Shown one piece after another: positions 27,101 through 40,300 of a stretch of 64,000 bases of DNA; positions within the stretch are counted from its first letter, which is position 1, and every line of letters starts with the position of its first letter. Below the pieces are notes generated by a model. The model was not told the DNA's origin. It ran no database searches and was given only the letters and a program-made list of their open reading frames with translations. Source of the stretch: Phoronis australis (Eukaryota; Animalia; Phoronida); the NCBI GenBank assembly GCA_002633005.1, contig NMRA01000248.1:430879-494878 (forward strand), read 5' to 3'. The translations under genes and the position numbers were made by a program.

Positions 27101-29806
27101 ACCTAAGCGGTTCACTTAATTTATCCTATTAAATTTTTCACCTGACTTAGTTATTTTAAAGGTCTTTCAATGTGTTTTAAGAGCGGTGCGGTTGGGTTTG
27201 CAAAGGTATGTTAATGAACTATGCAGGCTCGCGGGAAGTTGCGTTAACGCACGCGACAGGCTCGTTACCAACTTGGTAAAAACACAACCACGGCGAAAGA
27301 GTTAGTTTGAAAAGGACACTAAACCCAGATTGTTTACTATTAACAGACATCAACACCAACTTGGGGGGCTCGAAGGATTCCCTCCATTAGGCGAAGTGGG
27401 TAAAAAATCCACCTCAGAGAAACAAATATTCCGAAAAAAGTCCACTAAAAAGACAGAAACTATCAAAATTCGAGAAATGCACAGTTCATAGCTCTGAACG
27501 TACCCTGAGAATCTTGAAGGTCCCCTTTCTCAAAATTTCGAGTCCCCATTTTTAGGCTGAGTGTGCGCATGGAGATGGAATCAAAACTACCAAACATGGT
27601 TTAAGTTCTTTTTTAACAAAAACAGTGCGAGTTCGACGTGTCCTCATTATGTATCTTCCTACATGTATCTTATTACAAGACAATTATAGAGACATAGGTT
27701 ATGGTAAAAATATTAATTACTAAGACAGCCCTTTGGCAGTAACATGAGATGCCAAATACGTCGATGTCTTCAATGCCTCAAAGAATTGCAGATATAACCG
27801 ACAATTTCCTTGCAAATGATGTTTCACTATAGTTATAAAGCACATCGGAGCATTGTTTTAAAGAGAAATGCGTGCAAGGTTCGTATCGTCCACCTCATGT
27901 GAGCACGTTATGCATCTGTTCTAATATCTTATCAAAGTTGTAATTAATAGTTGGTAATACAGATATTAATCTTGGCCAAGAGGCAAGATTGACCGTACGA
28001 CCCTGGCAATGCCCCCACAAAGAGGGTCATTATTACATAAGCTCGTCTGCTACCTATACACACTTGAGTACAGCAATACCTGTGCAGTGAAAAAACGGAC
28101 GTACCAAACTAAGCGCACGTGCGTTCATGCACGTTCCACAAAAGCAAATTATGAGATGGATCAGCATTTTAAATGAAGATGGCGACACTAATCAAACGAA
28201 AATAACACTTACCTCCGTAGAACCGCACCGGAGCTGCTCGCAGACACACTATACTAGAGCTGAGAGTGGAAAGGTTAGCTCATGAAAACGTGTTCCAATG
28301 TAACGTGAGGGAAGTGTAGTCTGGAGGCTTGTTGAAAGTTGAGGCGTGTTAACCCTTGTAATCTAACAATAGCCCAGGTGTGAGGTACAGCTAGCGTGAA
28401 ATTAAAATAGCATTATTAGCTAGTAATAATACATACATTGCTATTGTGCTAGTCTGTCCATTTAGTTGTATTCCAAAATTTGGCAACAGATGAGTCATCG
28501 TTCACGTGGAGTAGGTAAACGTACACGTATCATGTCCGTGTCTCACGGGCGGCATGAAAGGCTAGACTTCGATCTAGGCGGATTCAGCTCGGTACAGCTG
28601 GAACGTCAATTTCAGTCAGTACATGAAATCTCTCGTTGCCTCCAGTTAACCTCAAAATCAAAACGTGTGAGAAGGACACGCAATAAGAGGCCATGCTGAA
28701 CGAACTAGTGGGACGGCATTGAGGAGACAAGGCGTAACCATGAGGACAGCTATTGTTGGATTCATTCGCACAGGCTGAGATTCCTAGTGGACACCTATTG
28801 GCTCCATATCTTCACGCTGTGCTCTTCGCGATTGACGAATACTGCTTAATTCCTGGGGGCGTAACGAAGCATTTTTGACAAGTAGGCTACGCACCTCGAA
28901 GCGATTTATCGTAAGAATTCGTCAGGAATTACGACGGATAGCACACACCTGTATCTGTGTACGGAAGCCACGCCCCGTGAGTTCGTGAGCTGATTCTCTT
29001 TGAAAGCAGCAATACTGCCTCGCTTTTTTTCTACAAACCATAAAGTACCACGACCAGGAACCTGTCTTGCAATAATGCTGAAGCTCTCGGGGGAAAATTT
29101 TAGAGAGTTTATGACAAGCCAAGATCAAATAGATGAACTATGTTTCAAATAGTTACCCAAGTAGCGGGTGCTCCTCCGCCTGGATATTGCTGCCACCATA
29201 GATGACCCAGGATGGGTTGGTACTGAGCTTAGTGAAATCAAAACTTTATTTACCCATACATACCCACAGACACTCTAAAAATACTTTTTCAAGTTCAACA
29301 AAACATTTCAACAACAGACTGTCCCGTCAGGAGTTCGTCATTTAATGTTTTGTTTATTAAGTATATAATTCTCAATAGCAGACTTGAGCCAAAACTCCAC
29401 GTTTTTCCACAGTTCCATCAGAAAATTGGGGATTTTCGAAGCTCTGGAAGATGTTCGAATTTTAGGAATTCCTCATCGCCCAGGCTTTCGCCACACACCG
29501 CGTAGACCTTCACCCTGGTTAGCATTGTTACAGTGGCATATACAAAACACTGTATACATAACAGAATGCCCGCGGCTAAAGCTACCATTCCGCTATTTAT
29601 TGTCGCGGATAATTCATGAACACACAGTCTCTGCTTGAGTGATCACAGAAGTAAACAAAGTCAAGCGCAGAAAAGGTGCGTTCATTTAGAAATCATTTGA
29701 GCACAACATGTATACAATCGTTTTTTGTTTCATTTATCTGGTATATAACCAGGGTTACCATAGAATCATACGCTCAAGCATCTCATCTTACACACAAACC
29801 ACTTAC

Positions 29807-30055
29807 GAACCTGTGAATCATGCATACGAACCCAAAAAATCACGCATACGAACGAAAATCATGTGCACGAACCATAAAAATATCATATACGGATACAAAT
29901 CATACGCACGAACCACCAGGTGGCAGTGTTCGTGCGTGTGAGTCGATGCTCGTATGTATGATTTTGTGTTCGTATTAAATGATTTTTGTGATTCGTTCGC
30001 TTGATTTTTGTTCGTACGCGTGAATGTTGGGTTCGTATGCATGATTCATGGGTTC
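29807..30055. mobile_element. Foldback/palindromic element built from ~20-bp subrepeats
   Basis: The left arm GAACCTGTGAATCATGCATACGAACCCAA... is the reverse complement of the right arm ...TTGGGTTCGTATGCATGATTCATGGGTTC. The arms are made of repeated AATCA..CATACGAAC units. Confidence 0.75.
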
Positions 30056-30118
30056 AATCTGGAAACCTCCCAGCTTACTGGGGTGTCTTCCGGTCACGCC
30101 ACCCTCATCATAATTTAT

Positions 30119-30840
30119 AAAGCGAAGCTTTTGCGAAGCGCACCAATTTGCTGGATTTCTAAATTCAATAAGTCAAATTTGCGAGTGCAAAACTATATTT
30201 TCCAGGTGCCCCTCTCTGGCAAGGGATACCGGAGACAACTTTCGCTTTATTTTTTCTCGAAACTGTGTATTACCCGGAGCGGATCCAGGATTTTGCGTTG
30301 AAGGGGGGGGCATGGCATAGTATTAGCCCGTCAGACATTCGCACTTCCGAAAAGCCAAATGTAATCTAGGAGAATTGGGGGGCCATGGTCCCACTAGATG
30401 CGCCACTGATTACTTGGCAAAAATTGATGACCAGACAGGTAACATCAATTGCTGCGCATTTCCCGATATTTGAAAAAATAGATATTTTCATCTTTAGGGG
30501 ACCCGCTCTTGAAGGAGGCCATTGATGACATTCAAGTGGCCACCCTTTTTGTGTTTTAATTGACAAATTCTTAAGGGGCCGCTCAAGGAGAGAGGGCCCA
30601 ATGTTGGAATCGATTACCTCTATTTTCCTGTTTTGAGTGAAATCAAGCAACCGGCTTTCATGTTGAAGGAGGTCACTTCTTGCATCGTTCTGGGACCACA
30701 CGACGATGGAATGAACTGTCACACTTTTTTCCAAGCTTAATGATGTTTAGCCTTTCATCTTAAGGTGTCCTATTTCAGACGGTACCCACTATCGTTGGAG
30801 CAGTTCGGGGGAAATGTCCCTTGGTCCCTCTATACATGTA
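30119..30840 (+). repeat. Duplicated block A (diverged paralog at ~53480-54050)
   Basis: AAAGCGAAGCTTTTGCG ... CCCTCTATA is colinear with 53480-54050, with many substitutions. Confidence 0.85.
30274..30408. mobile_element. G/C-tract MITE with perfect 5-bp TSD ATTAC
   Basis: Ends are CCGGAGCGGATCCAGG ... CTAGATGCGCCACTG. ATTAC occurs at 30269-30273 and 30409-30413. The paralogous block lacks the insertion at ~53633. Confidence 0.85.
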
Positions 30841-31546
30841 AATCTGACACTGCCAAGTATTCACAATGGGAAAATGAGATTCCAAATTCATCAAAAAACC
30901 CCACAAAATATTCGTGAACAACACAGCCATTCGACTCAAACAATAAAAAATTAAAAAATACAATAGGACTGCCACCATCGAAAGGTTGGAACTTTGAAGA
31001 AAGTGAAGACCATTATTTGTAAATTACAGAAAAGAACTATTTCCGATGGTTAGTTATAAACTAATGTAACTGTTTCCCGTAGTATCACAAGAATAGTATA
31101 TCTGTTGAAGATGGTTACTATGAGTTGTTTGTAAGGAATTTCCAGGTGTGCAAAACACTGCTGTCTAGGCTACTATTAATTTGTGATGACCGTGTACATG
31201 TCGAAAGGGGTACTCAAAGAACTCTCGCAATCATAAACAAAGATTTCAGCGTTTCTTGTTTGTCAGTGGAGTTCAAGTTGACCTCGTGAACCGCTATAAG
31301 TACCTCTGAAATGAGCAAAAATGCACCTGAATACGCATGCCCCATCTCCCATATTCCCCTGGTTACCCGTCAGTAGTCTGCGAGCATGCACGCGGAATTG
31401 CTTATAACATTCCGTTTTGATAAACAAATTCGTTGGTTTCAAAATTGTTTATGTATCTACGAAAATCGATTCATAGATTTTATATTTTTATAAACATTTT
31501 ATTTCTAAATACACTGAGATATACAGCAATGAGGTATATGCAAATG

Positions 31547-31548
<2 letters not shown>

Positions 31549-31596
<48 letters not shown>
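31549..31596. repeat. (AC)24 microsatellite; the second copy at 33588-33605 has (AC)9
   Basis: Read directly from the sequence. Confidence 0.95.
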
Positions 31597-31601
<5 letters not shown>

Positions 31602-33974
31602 TATCTAAATAATACAAATTCACGGTTGATCTAATCTAAATAAGTATTGAGGGTTTCCCAAAAGGCAGTTTTACGGAGTTGTATATTTTTTACTTGACAA
31701 TAGTTATACAAGAGCCATTGCAATTTTAAATATCTAGGAATAATCTGGTCCCTAGAGCATTTATGAATGAAATACTGACAAATAGTTAATATAGTATTAA
31801 CATCTTCAAAATTACATCCAGAATATGCTGTCTAAATAACATTTTTATCTAAGATTAAATCGTGTTGTGCAGTTACATAAATCAAAAGTTTCTGAATTTC
31901 ACACCACCAAGTTTTTACAGAACCACATTCCACAAACATATTGTTAAAAGTTTCAACAGTTCCATAACAGTTCCATAGATTAATAGATGATTTTTAACAA
32001 TTAGAAGCTAATCTTGCAAGAAGTGATGATGTTTCAGTGAATTTTAATGCAGCCTGAATTTGGATAAACTCTATAATCTGATCCCCAAATAGCAAAATAA
32101 CTCTCAAAGATATTGATGAAATTCGGACTCACAAACCGTGGATAGAAAAAACGTTTTAAAAATCCCAAAGTCAATAAAATTGAACTTATTGCTTGGAAAG
32201 TTTGCCTTGGCACTTCCTTAGTGTTTTTAGTTTCCTGTAGTATTAAGCAATGGATTTTTGTTCTTCATAACTGAATTGATTGCTTGTCTTGAGAGAGTGT
32301 TAGCCAGAAATTCGCACCCCTGAACTGCCAAATGGAATCTGGGAGAATTTTAGGGGCCCCTTGTCCACCCCTAAATCCGCCACTGTGCCCCCCACCTGGG
32401 GCGGACGTGGGACATTCGGTACAAATATTGTGGCATCGGAAGCACCGCGGGGGCAGGGGGGGGGGGTTGGCGANAAATTGATGACCAGACAGGTAACATC
32501 AATTGCTGCGCATTTCCCGATATTTGAAAAAATAGATATTGAAGGAGGCCATTGATGACATTCAAGTGGCCACCCTTTTTGTGTTTTAATTGACAAATTC
32601 TTAAGGAGCCGCTCAAGGAGAGAGGGCCCAATGTTGGAATCGATTACCTCTATTTTCCTGTTTTGAGTGAAATCAAGCAACAGGCTTTCATGTTGAAGGA
32701 GGTCACTTCTTGCATCGTTCTGGGACCACACGACGATGGAATGAACTGTCACACTTTTTTTCCAAGCTTAATGATGTTTAGCCTTTCATCTTAAGGTGTC
32801 CTATTTCAGACGGTACCCTCTATCGTTGGAGCAGTTCGGGGGAAATGTCCCTTTGTCCCTCTATACGTGTAAATCTGACACTGCCAAGTATTCACAATGG
32901 GAGATGAGATTCCAAATTCATCAAAAAACACAAAATATTCGTGAACAACACAGCCATTCGACCCAAACAATAAAAAATTAAAAAATACAGTAGGACAGCC
33001 ACCATCGAAAGGGTGGACTTTTGAAGAACCTGAAGACCACTATTTGTAAATTACGCAAAAGAACTATTTCCTATGGTTAGTTATAAAATGATGTTACTGT
33101 TTTTCCGTATTATCACAAGAATAGTATATCTTTTGAAGATGGTTACTATGAGTTGTTTGTAAGGAATTTCCAGATGTGCAAAACACTGCTGTCTAGGCTA
33201 CTATTAATTTGTGATGACCGTGTACATGTCGAAAGGGGTACTCAAAGAACTCTCGCAATCATAAACAAAGATTTCAGCGTTTTTTGTTTGTCAGTGGAGT
33301 TCAAGTTGACCTCGTGAACCGTTATAGGTACCTCTGAAATGAGCAAAAATACACCTTAATACGAATGCCCCATATCTCCCATATTCCCCCGGTTACCCGT
33401 CAAGAGTCTGCGAGCATGCATGCGGAAATAGCTTATATCATTCCGTTTTGATAAACAAATTCGTTGGTTTCAAAATTGTTTATGTATCTACGAAAATCGA
33501 TAGATTCATAGATTTTTTATTTCTTTTTATAAACATTTTATTTCTAAATACACTGAGATATACAGCAATGAGGTATATGCAAATGAAACACACACACACA
33601 CACACAAACACGCACATATCTAAATAATACAACTTCACGGTTGATCTAATCTAAATAAGTATTGAGGGTTTCCCAAAAGGCAGTTTTACGGGGTTGCATA
33701 TTTCTTACTTTACAATAATTATACAAGAACCATTGAAATTGTAAATATCTAGGAATAATCTGGTCTCTGGAGCATTTATGAATGAAATACTGACAAATAG
33801 TTAATATAGTATTAACATCTTAAAATAACATTTTATCTAAGATTAAATCGTGTTGTGCAGTTACATAAATCAAAAGTTTCTGAATTTCACACCACCAAGT
33901 TTTCACAGAACCACATTCCACAAACATATGGTTAAAAGTTTCAACAGTTCCATAGATTAATAGAGGATTTTTAA

Positions 33975-35090
33975 CAATTAGAAGCTAATCTTGCAAGAAC
34001 TGATGATGTTTCAGTGAATTTTAATGCAGCCTGAATTTGGATAAACTCTATAATCCGAAATAGCAAAGTACACTTATACACGATTTTGCATAAAAAATAA
34101 CTCTCAAAGATATTGATGAAATTCGGACTCACAAACCGTGGATAGAAAACACGTTTTAAGAATCCCAAAGTCAATAAGATTAAATTTATTGCTTGGAAAG
34201 TTTGCCTTTGCACTTCCTTAGTGTTTTTAGTTTCCAGTAGTATTGAGCAATGGATTTTTGTTCTTCATAACTGAATTGATTTCTTGTCTTGATTCGCGTG
34301 CACGTCAGGACTGACATATCCACGTTAAAAATAAAAATTAATGTAACAATGCAGTAGGCTCTCGCAGAATCTCAACGATCCACGGGAACGGACTTGGACC
34401 TCCAGGCGTTCAGGAAGTGTATACATTTTGGGGACCCTTTTCCCCAGCCACTAGAAACTAGACTACCGGTCGTGTTTCAACTAGGCATTTTGAAACAGCC
34501 CCAAAGACACTATACCAGGGACTTCGGGACCTCAAGTTTTCAAAAAAAAAACTCCTTCAAAGAAACTGGATCACAATAAAATGAATCTTGACCTTAGAAC
34601 GAGCGCAGACGGCCGGTAGGAGCTAAGCTGCCTGTCTCAAGGGAATCATAGTTGTGCTGACCAGCACCTAGCTTTAGATCATCGGGAATTTCGTATTTTC
34701 ACGCTGTTAGATCTCAGCTACAGCTACTTGAGGCAGCTCCTCGCTACAGGTCAGTGTACTGGTCCTAGGCCCATTTTTATTCTTCATGTTGGTTCAACTC
34801 TTGATGGCTTCATCCACGGGATTGTCCCAGGGGCGGATCCAGGATTTTGAGGATTTTTTGGGGGGGGGGGGGCAGGACNCCCCTGAACTGCCAAATGGAA
34901 TCTGGGAGAATTTTAGGGGCCCCTTGTCCACCCATAAATCCGCCACTGTGCCCCCCACCTAGGGCGGACGTGGGACATTCGGTACAAATATTGTGGCATC
35001 GGAAGCGCGGGGGGGGGGTTGGCGGAGGTTGTGGGGGCTTGTTTGGCGAAGTCGAAATGGATTGTGCCCCCCAATATTTTTTGCCTTCTC
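33975..35090 (+). repeat. Duplicated block B (diverged paralogs at ~55195-56105 and ~59730-60750)
   Basis: Shared colinear segments include GTTTTTAGTTTCCAGTAGTATTG, GCAGACGGCCGGTA.GAGCT..GCCTGTCTCAAG and GGCGAAGTCGAAATGG. Confidence 0.85.
34828..34948. mobile_element. G/C-tract MITE, 5-bp TSD (TGTCC/TGCCC); contains an assembly N
   Basis: Ends are CAGGGGCGGATCCAGG ... AATCCGCCACTG. The empty site GGAT-TGCCC-CCCAACTAGGGCGG is present in the paralog at ~60600. Confidence 0.8.
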
Positions 35091-35826
35091 TGTAAAAATG
35101 AAACTCACAACAAAATTGCAAGCTCTAGCTGACCCAAGCCTCGACCACGTGTACACAGAGCCAGCATTTGAAACGCTGGGGATTTGGTGCTGGAACTAGC
35201 AAACGCTTAAGAAATACACACTTGAAGAGACCTTTCGTTATTCTACGATCTAATATCCACGTTTTCTTGTCGTTACGATATCATTTTATTAGCCGTATTC
35301 TTAGGAAACTTTCGAGAACGTGCATAAAAGTAAATACGCACGACAATATGTTGTAGTGTTTGCGTAAATTGGATGTCACCAAATTGTGTTGTACTTTCAC
35401 CTGACTGAGCATCTTACATTTGAAGACAAGATCATGTCGCGTACAGATCAATACTGCCGGACAGGGCCCTAATCAACGGGACGTCAAGGGACGCTGCCGT
35501 GTAAGTTGCGCTGCCTCTGTTCATCACAATATGTACCACCAACGGTCGTCACATTTCCATGTTTTTCCACATCTCTCCCAGTCTCGCCAAAATGTTTTGC
35601 CCCAAACTTACAACTGAGGAGATAGGTCTCTGTACCTACTGAAGCCCTAAACGGGACCGCTATGTTGTAATAGACCCGGCCCGATGCCCAAGTTCGTTAT
35701 GTCCTGTCGCTGTCGTCGCCGGAGTGAAACGCGGACATGTTCTTGCTCTCCAAACTGATTGAATTCTAGTTACGAAGTAGATTTGATCTGTTGAAAATAA
35801 GTTCTCGGATTTAGGTGCTACGTCAT

Positions 35827-37035
35827 CATGTTGAAAATTTCTCGCTTACACTGGTCATCGCTCAGATTCCCTTAACCCCAGACAACTTTTACGATGCCTA
35901 TTCAGCACGCCCTTTGTATATTTATGTAGATCTGAGCTAATGAAGTGAAAAGGTAACACCTAGCATTACTATTCCAACAATGGTTGTTGTTCCAGTTTGG
36001 TTTTCTCTGACATTTGGAGAGTTACAGCCTGCAAGTCTGGAGAGTAGGTTTAACTTGGTACATTATAAATATTACAAAATGACTAAAAAGGTTAACTTGT
36101 GTTTATCTTCACAAAGGGCCACTTCCCAAAGGAACGATATGTTCCATATTGGTTTTCGTTATTTAATTTATAATGCTCCTGCCCACTTGTTTTAGTTTTT
36201 TTTTTCTCACCGGAAACGGTTGATAATTTTTTATCTAAGTTTTGAACTTGGAAGTACCAAAACAGTGCCGGTAGATTTTAATCGCCAGCGAAACTTAATT
36301 AGTTAAGTTCATTGTGAGCCCATCTCTGATCGAACTTCCCACATTACAGGTACACTAAACATTTCACGTGTCTTTAACTGAAAAGAACTCAAATTATAAA
36401 ATATGTATAAAAGTGCAAATATGGTGATAACCAAACTGAAGATTTGGAATCTCTGGACAATTTCGTGACACTAATTACATCACTATTCTTTGTCAGTAAT
36501 AATAAGTGAAAAGTGGACGCAAGTTAAGTACAACTGTTTCCTGGTCAAAAATCTGGTTAAACGAGATTGAAAGGATATTAAAAATGAATCCACGTGATAT
36601 TGTTAACTCTGATCAGCGTTTGTATATCCACCGAGTATATCAATACGCGCAGTAGTTTATCTTTAATCGTACCTAATGGTTGTAGTTTTCAGATTATTAG
36701 TTCATGGATTCTTAAAAATCGAAAACCGTACTTGGCTTTTTTCCAGCTGAATACCGCCGTGGTGTTCATTTTTTACGAAAATCAGAGTGGTTAATGCATT
36801 TTGAAAATTCGCCATTATTTGCAGTCAGAGATGTTTAATACAGTTTATGGTCGGGTAATTACTCTTAATCGGGTCTTGTTCGCATCGGGCAATGCGGTCA
36901 TTACGACTGTTCCTGAGTCCGGCGCCGCAATCTCTTTGATCCTGGTAAAAGCCGCTCAGAAGGACGAGCGGTGAAAATATTCCGGCATATCTTTAGCAAT
37001 GCTTGACTTCCATGTAAGCCTATTATTCACGGTAT
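35827..37035 (+). repeat. Duplicated block C upstream of TRAPPC5 (diverged direct copy at ~49251-50412)
   Basis: The two copies are colinear from CATGT.GA.AATTTCTC.CTTACACTGG to ATTATTCACGGTAT. An exact shared stretch is AAAAGTGCAAATATGGTGATAACCAAACTGAAGATTTGGAATCTCTGGACAATTTCG. Confidence 0.9.
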
Positions 37036-37294
37036 GTGCAGCCGAGGATTCGTCGATACATATAAATTAATCTTTTGAAGTGAAAGGGTCTAATTTTTGG
37101 ATCCGACACCCTGAGCAAAATATCCCCTTTAGAAAAAGTCATTACAAAAAGACAACAATGAAGCTGGAATCGCTAGAATTAGCATTTGCTGATTATCTCA
37201 CTTAGTATCCTTACGAGGTCATAAATTTCAGTTGAATCAGTTTTGTTTCGGAATCAACGACAGTAGCCACCAGACGGCGCTTTAGTATATAAAA

Positions 37295-37354
37295 ATGGCG
37301 TCCAAAACCAAAATAGGAATTCTTGATCGGCCTTTGAGTAGAGGAAAAATTGAA
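37295..37354 (+). CDS. TRAPPC5: TRAPPC5 coding exon 1 (MASKTKIGILDRPLSRGKIE)
   Basis: Start context AAAATGGCG; donor GAA|GTAAGT; 60 nt. Confidence 0.9.
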
Positions 37355-40300
37355 GTAAGTTGCACTATATCATATATGATACGTTGCGTTAAAGAAACGA
37401 GATCGTAGACTTGAATCTTGTTCCTCAGCCGGGACTTTAAAGCCTTTTGGTTCACTTTCAGTTTGCATTGGTTTCAAATTAAACACTTGATTGGGCACTG
37501 AAATGGCGAAAGGCCACCGAACGAGTGTTGTTTTCTCTAATTATCAAGCATTTCTCCTTGAACACTAGGCCTAGGACCGTAATTCAACGCGACAGTAATG
37601 GAACATGTATGCCAGTTATCCAACCTTCAGAGAACCGAATCCCTGACACAGATCTGAACAATGTATATAAGGCCTGGTTTACATTGCTAGCTGGTTATTC
37701 TCAGTGTTTTTGTGAAGGCTTGTGTCGTAAGAACCAGCAACCTGGCAGCTTATAGTTGACCAGCCTAGGCAAGAGATTCTGTTGAGCACAAGGGTATCGC
37801 CATCTATTGGAGCATTGTGTCCACTGAACAGTGAACAAAGTCAGTATATTGACAGCATACCCTGTAGTTATGAATGGTGCTTGAAAAATGCCCAAATGTG
37901 GCTAACTTTGGACCATCATATCGTATAAATGGCTGATCAGATCCATATCAAACTTTCAGATCAGACATGATTTCTTGAGCTGTTATCAAAAATGCTGTTA
38001 GGTATACTCCGCTTTTGCATATAAGGGCTATCAAAATATTGGACTTAAATGATTTTCATGAACGAAATTGGAAGTTGCAAGTATTGAAAGATAAATATTA
38101 TAGAAAATTGTAAGTGCCTTTAAGATTTCATCTTGAAAATTTATATTAACCAAATTTGGTTGTAATGCTGTTGAGACTCTTGTTCTAAAATCAATTTACC
38201 TTTCTGTTTTTAATTCTGCTGAAAAGACATGGTCACATGACCCAGTTAATGACAGATTGAGTAAAAAGTTTAAAAAATCAACTTCTACGCTTTCTACTTT
38301 AAACAATGTATATTTTAACTAGTGTGGGTCTGATCAATCCCAAAATTTTCATCACAAATGTTTACAGTTGATTGTCTGACAATGCAGTGGTGAGAAAAAA
38401 TTGTTTCGTAGAAAAGACACGCCTCAGTTGACATTTTGGTAAATACGTCTAAAGATTTTCACGCCAAGTTCCCAATTGTTTTTTTTTAACATTTATCCTT
38501 TGGGTATAGTAAAAGTTCTCCAATGTGGACTGGCTCGAGAATTTGTGACACAAAAATTCCTGCAAAAATTGAATTCTCATTCTGTAAGTTGGGACAAGGG
38601 TGATTTTGATGTTCACCATATTTTTTCAAACTTTTGACCAAGGAGTGTACTCCTTGTTTTGACCATGTATTTTCAGCCTACTGACTGGGTAATTTTGCAG
38701 TTTTTCTGGTAATTCTTGAATTTGTGACAGCCAATATTGTCTTTGTTTAGAATTTATGACAAGCTGTGACCTTGAGTAAAGTAATTGATTTTCACTGTCT
38801 CAAATTGGAGAATTTTTACGGTAAGCTATTTAGTTGGAGGTTTTAGTCATGTTTGATTTGTGTGAAATTTATTTCCTTATTTCACCCACAGGTTAATGTT
38901 AGTACATTTGCTGTGCTCTTCTCAGAAATCGTGCAATATTGCCAAGACAGAGTAACCTCCGTCAACGAATTACAAACCAGGTAATTTTTAATCATTCGTT
39001 AACTTTGCCTGCAGAGTATAAACACTTAAATTTTTGTTGACATTAATTTTCATGTTGCTGTGTGATTATTTCATTCTTCTTTACAAATAGTTTTAGTTAT
39101 TGAATTTTGATAAAGTTTTAAAATCTTTTTTAGTCATGTATCTATTGACTATCTTGTATATTTTCAATAATAAAAAAACAAAATAAAACTGAATAAATTA
39201 AGATTTACAATTTTAGTGTTAATGTCATTGACAATAACAAACTACCAGTTATTTTTTAATTATTTACACAATTTGATTTTTAAATCAACTATCATAGTGT
39301 AAATGTCCAATCTTTACTTACCCAGTCCATTCAACCCCACCTGTTCAGGTGTGACAATCTGGTTGTTAAGTAATCAAGCCAGTCACTAACCAGGGTTAGC
39401 TGGCCTATGGTGCTATGCCGGCACGACGTGGAACGTGATAACACGTGTCGCTTGACCCCAGACACGAACTTATGATATAAGGTTTGATAATCGTGCCCCT
39501 CGTACTCAGTCGTAATTGTCAACGCCCTTGTTTCTAAATCTATTTTTTATCACCAGTCTGTTAATGAAATGTTTACGGTAGCCGTGATTTATCAGCGTAT
39601 AGTTGAGCGCATTAATAGATATAGGTATTTTATTCACACTCTATGACATAGCCAGCATTCTTGTTGGTGCACAACGATATTGCTATTACTACATTGTACA
39701 TGTAAAGTCAGGATCTTATTGTTGTGCTCCATCTCTGTTTATGGCCTCTCTGTGAAATTACGGTTTTTCAGTGTCAGACCAAATAGAGAAAAAGGATGTT
39801 TTTTATTTCTTCCATAGCTCAGATTGTTTCAATAGGAACACCCATGTGTTGCCTGTATTTTCTCCATAACTAAAGTTTATGTCTCTCATGTTATCTAAAC
39901 ATAGTTTTATGACATGCCAAGTACCCTGGAAAATTGTTGACGTCTTCTTTCAATTCCCTGCCTTCAGCTGAGTTGTTCCCATCGGTGTCTTCAACATAGG
40001 TGAATGCTAAATACTTCAGAAGTGCAAGCTTACACTTGTTGTTGCCGTAGTGATGTCATTTCCCTGGGGTGTGCACCGGGGAACGTCACGCAATCTTCAC
40101 CGTACCCAACGTGTGTCACTGTATGACGCAGTCGTGTGCCGTAAATCAGCGATACACGGGGGCCCTGCACTTCTTAACACCACTTGTGTTCACTCTGCAA
40201 ACCCTTCACATGACCCCTTTGACCTAGTTGATATCTTGAACAAATAGAGTGAGTAATTCCTGGGATCGTGGCTTGTGAGACTGTGATTTTTGCCTGTTCT

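Larger units (their letters stand above)
30421..35024. repeat. Near-identical tandem duplication (30421-32473 / 32475-~35024) joined by one N; probable uncollapsed haplotypes with a ~0.6-kb indel
   Basis: Both copies start AAATTGATGACCAGACAGG, with N at 32474. The first copy lacks ~34291-34879, and the (AC)n length differs between copies. Confidence 0.85.

Noticed and set aside
28213-28300. Minus-strand coding exon ending at the GAG|GTAAGT donor (28212)
   Set aside because: The nearest ATG is followed by a stop (ATG AGC TAA), and the phase-compatible frame has no start. It could be a non-coding exon but is unsupported.
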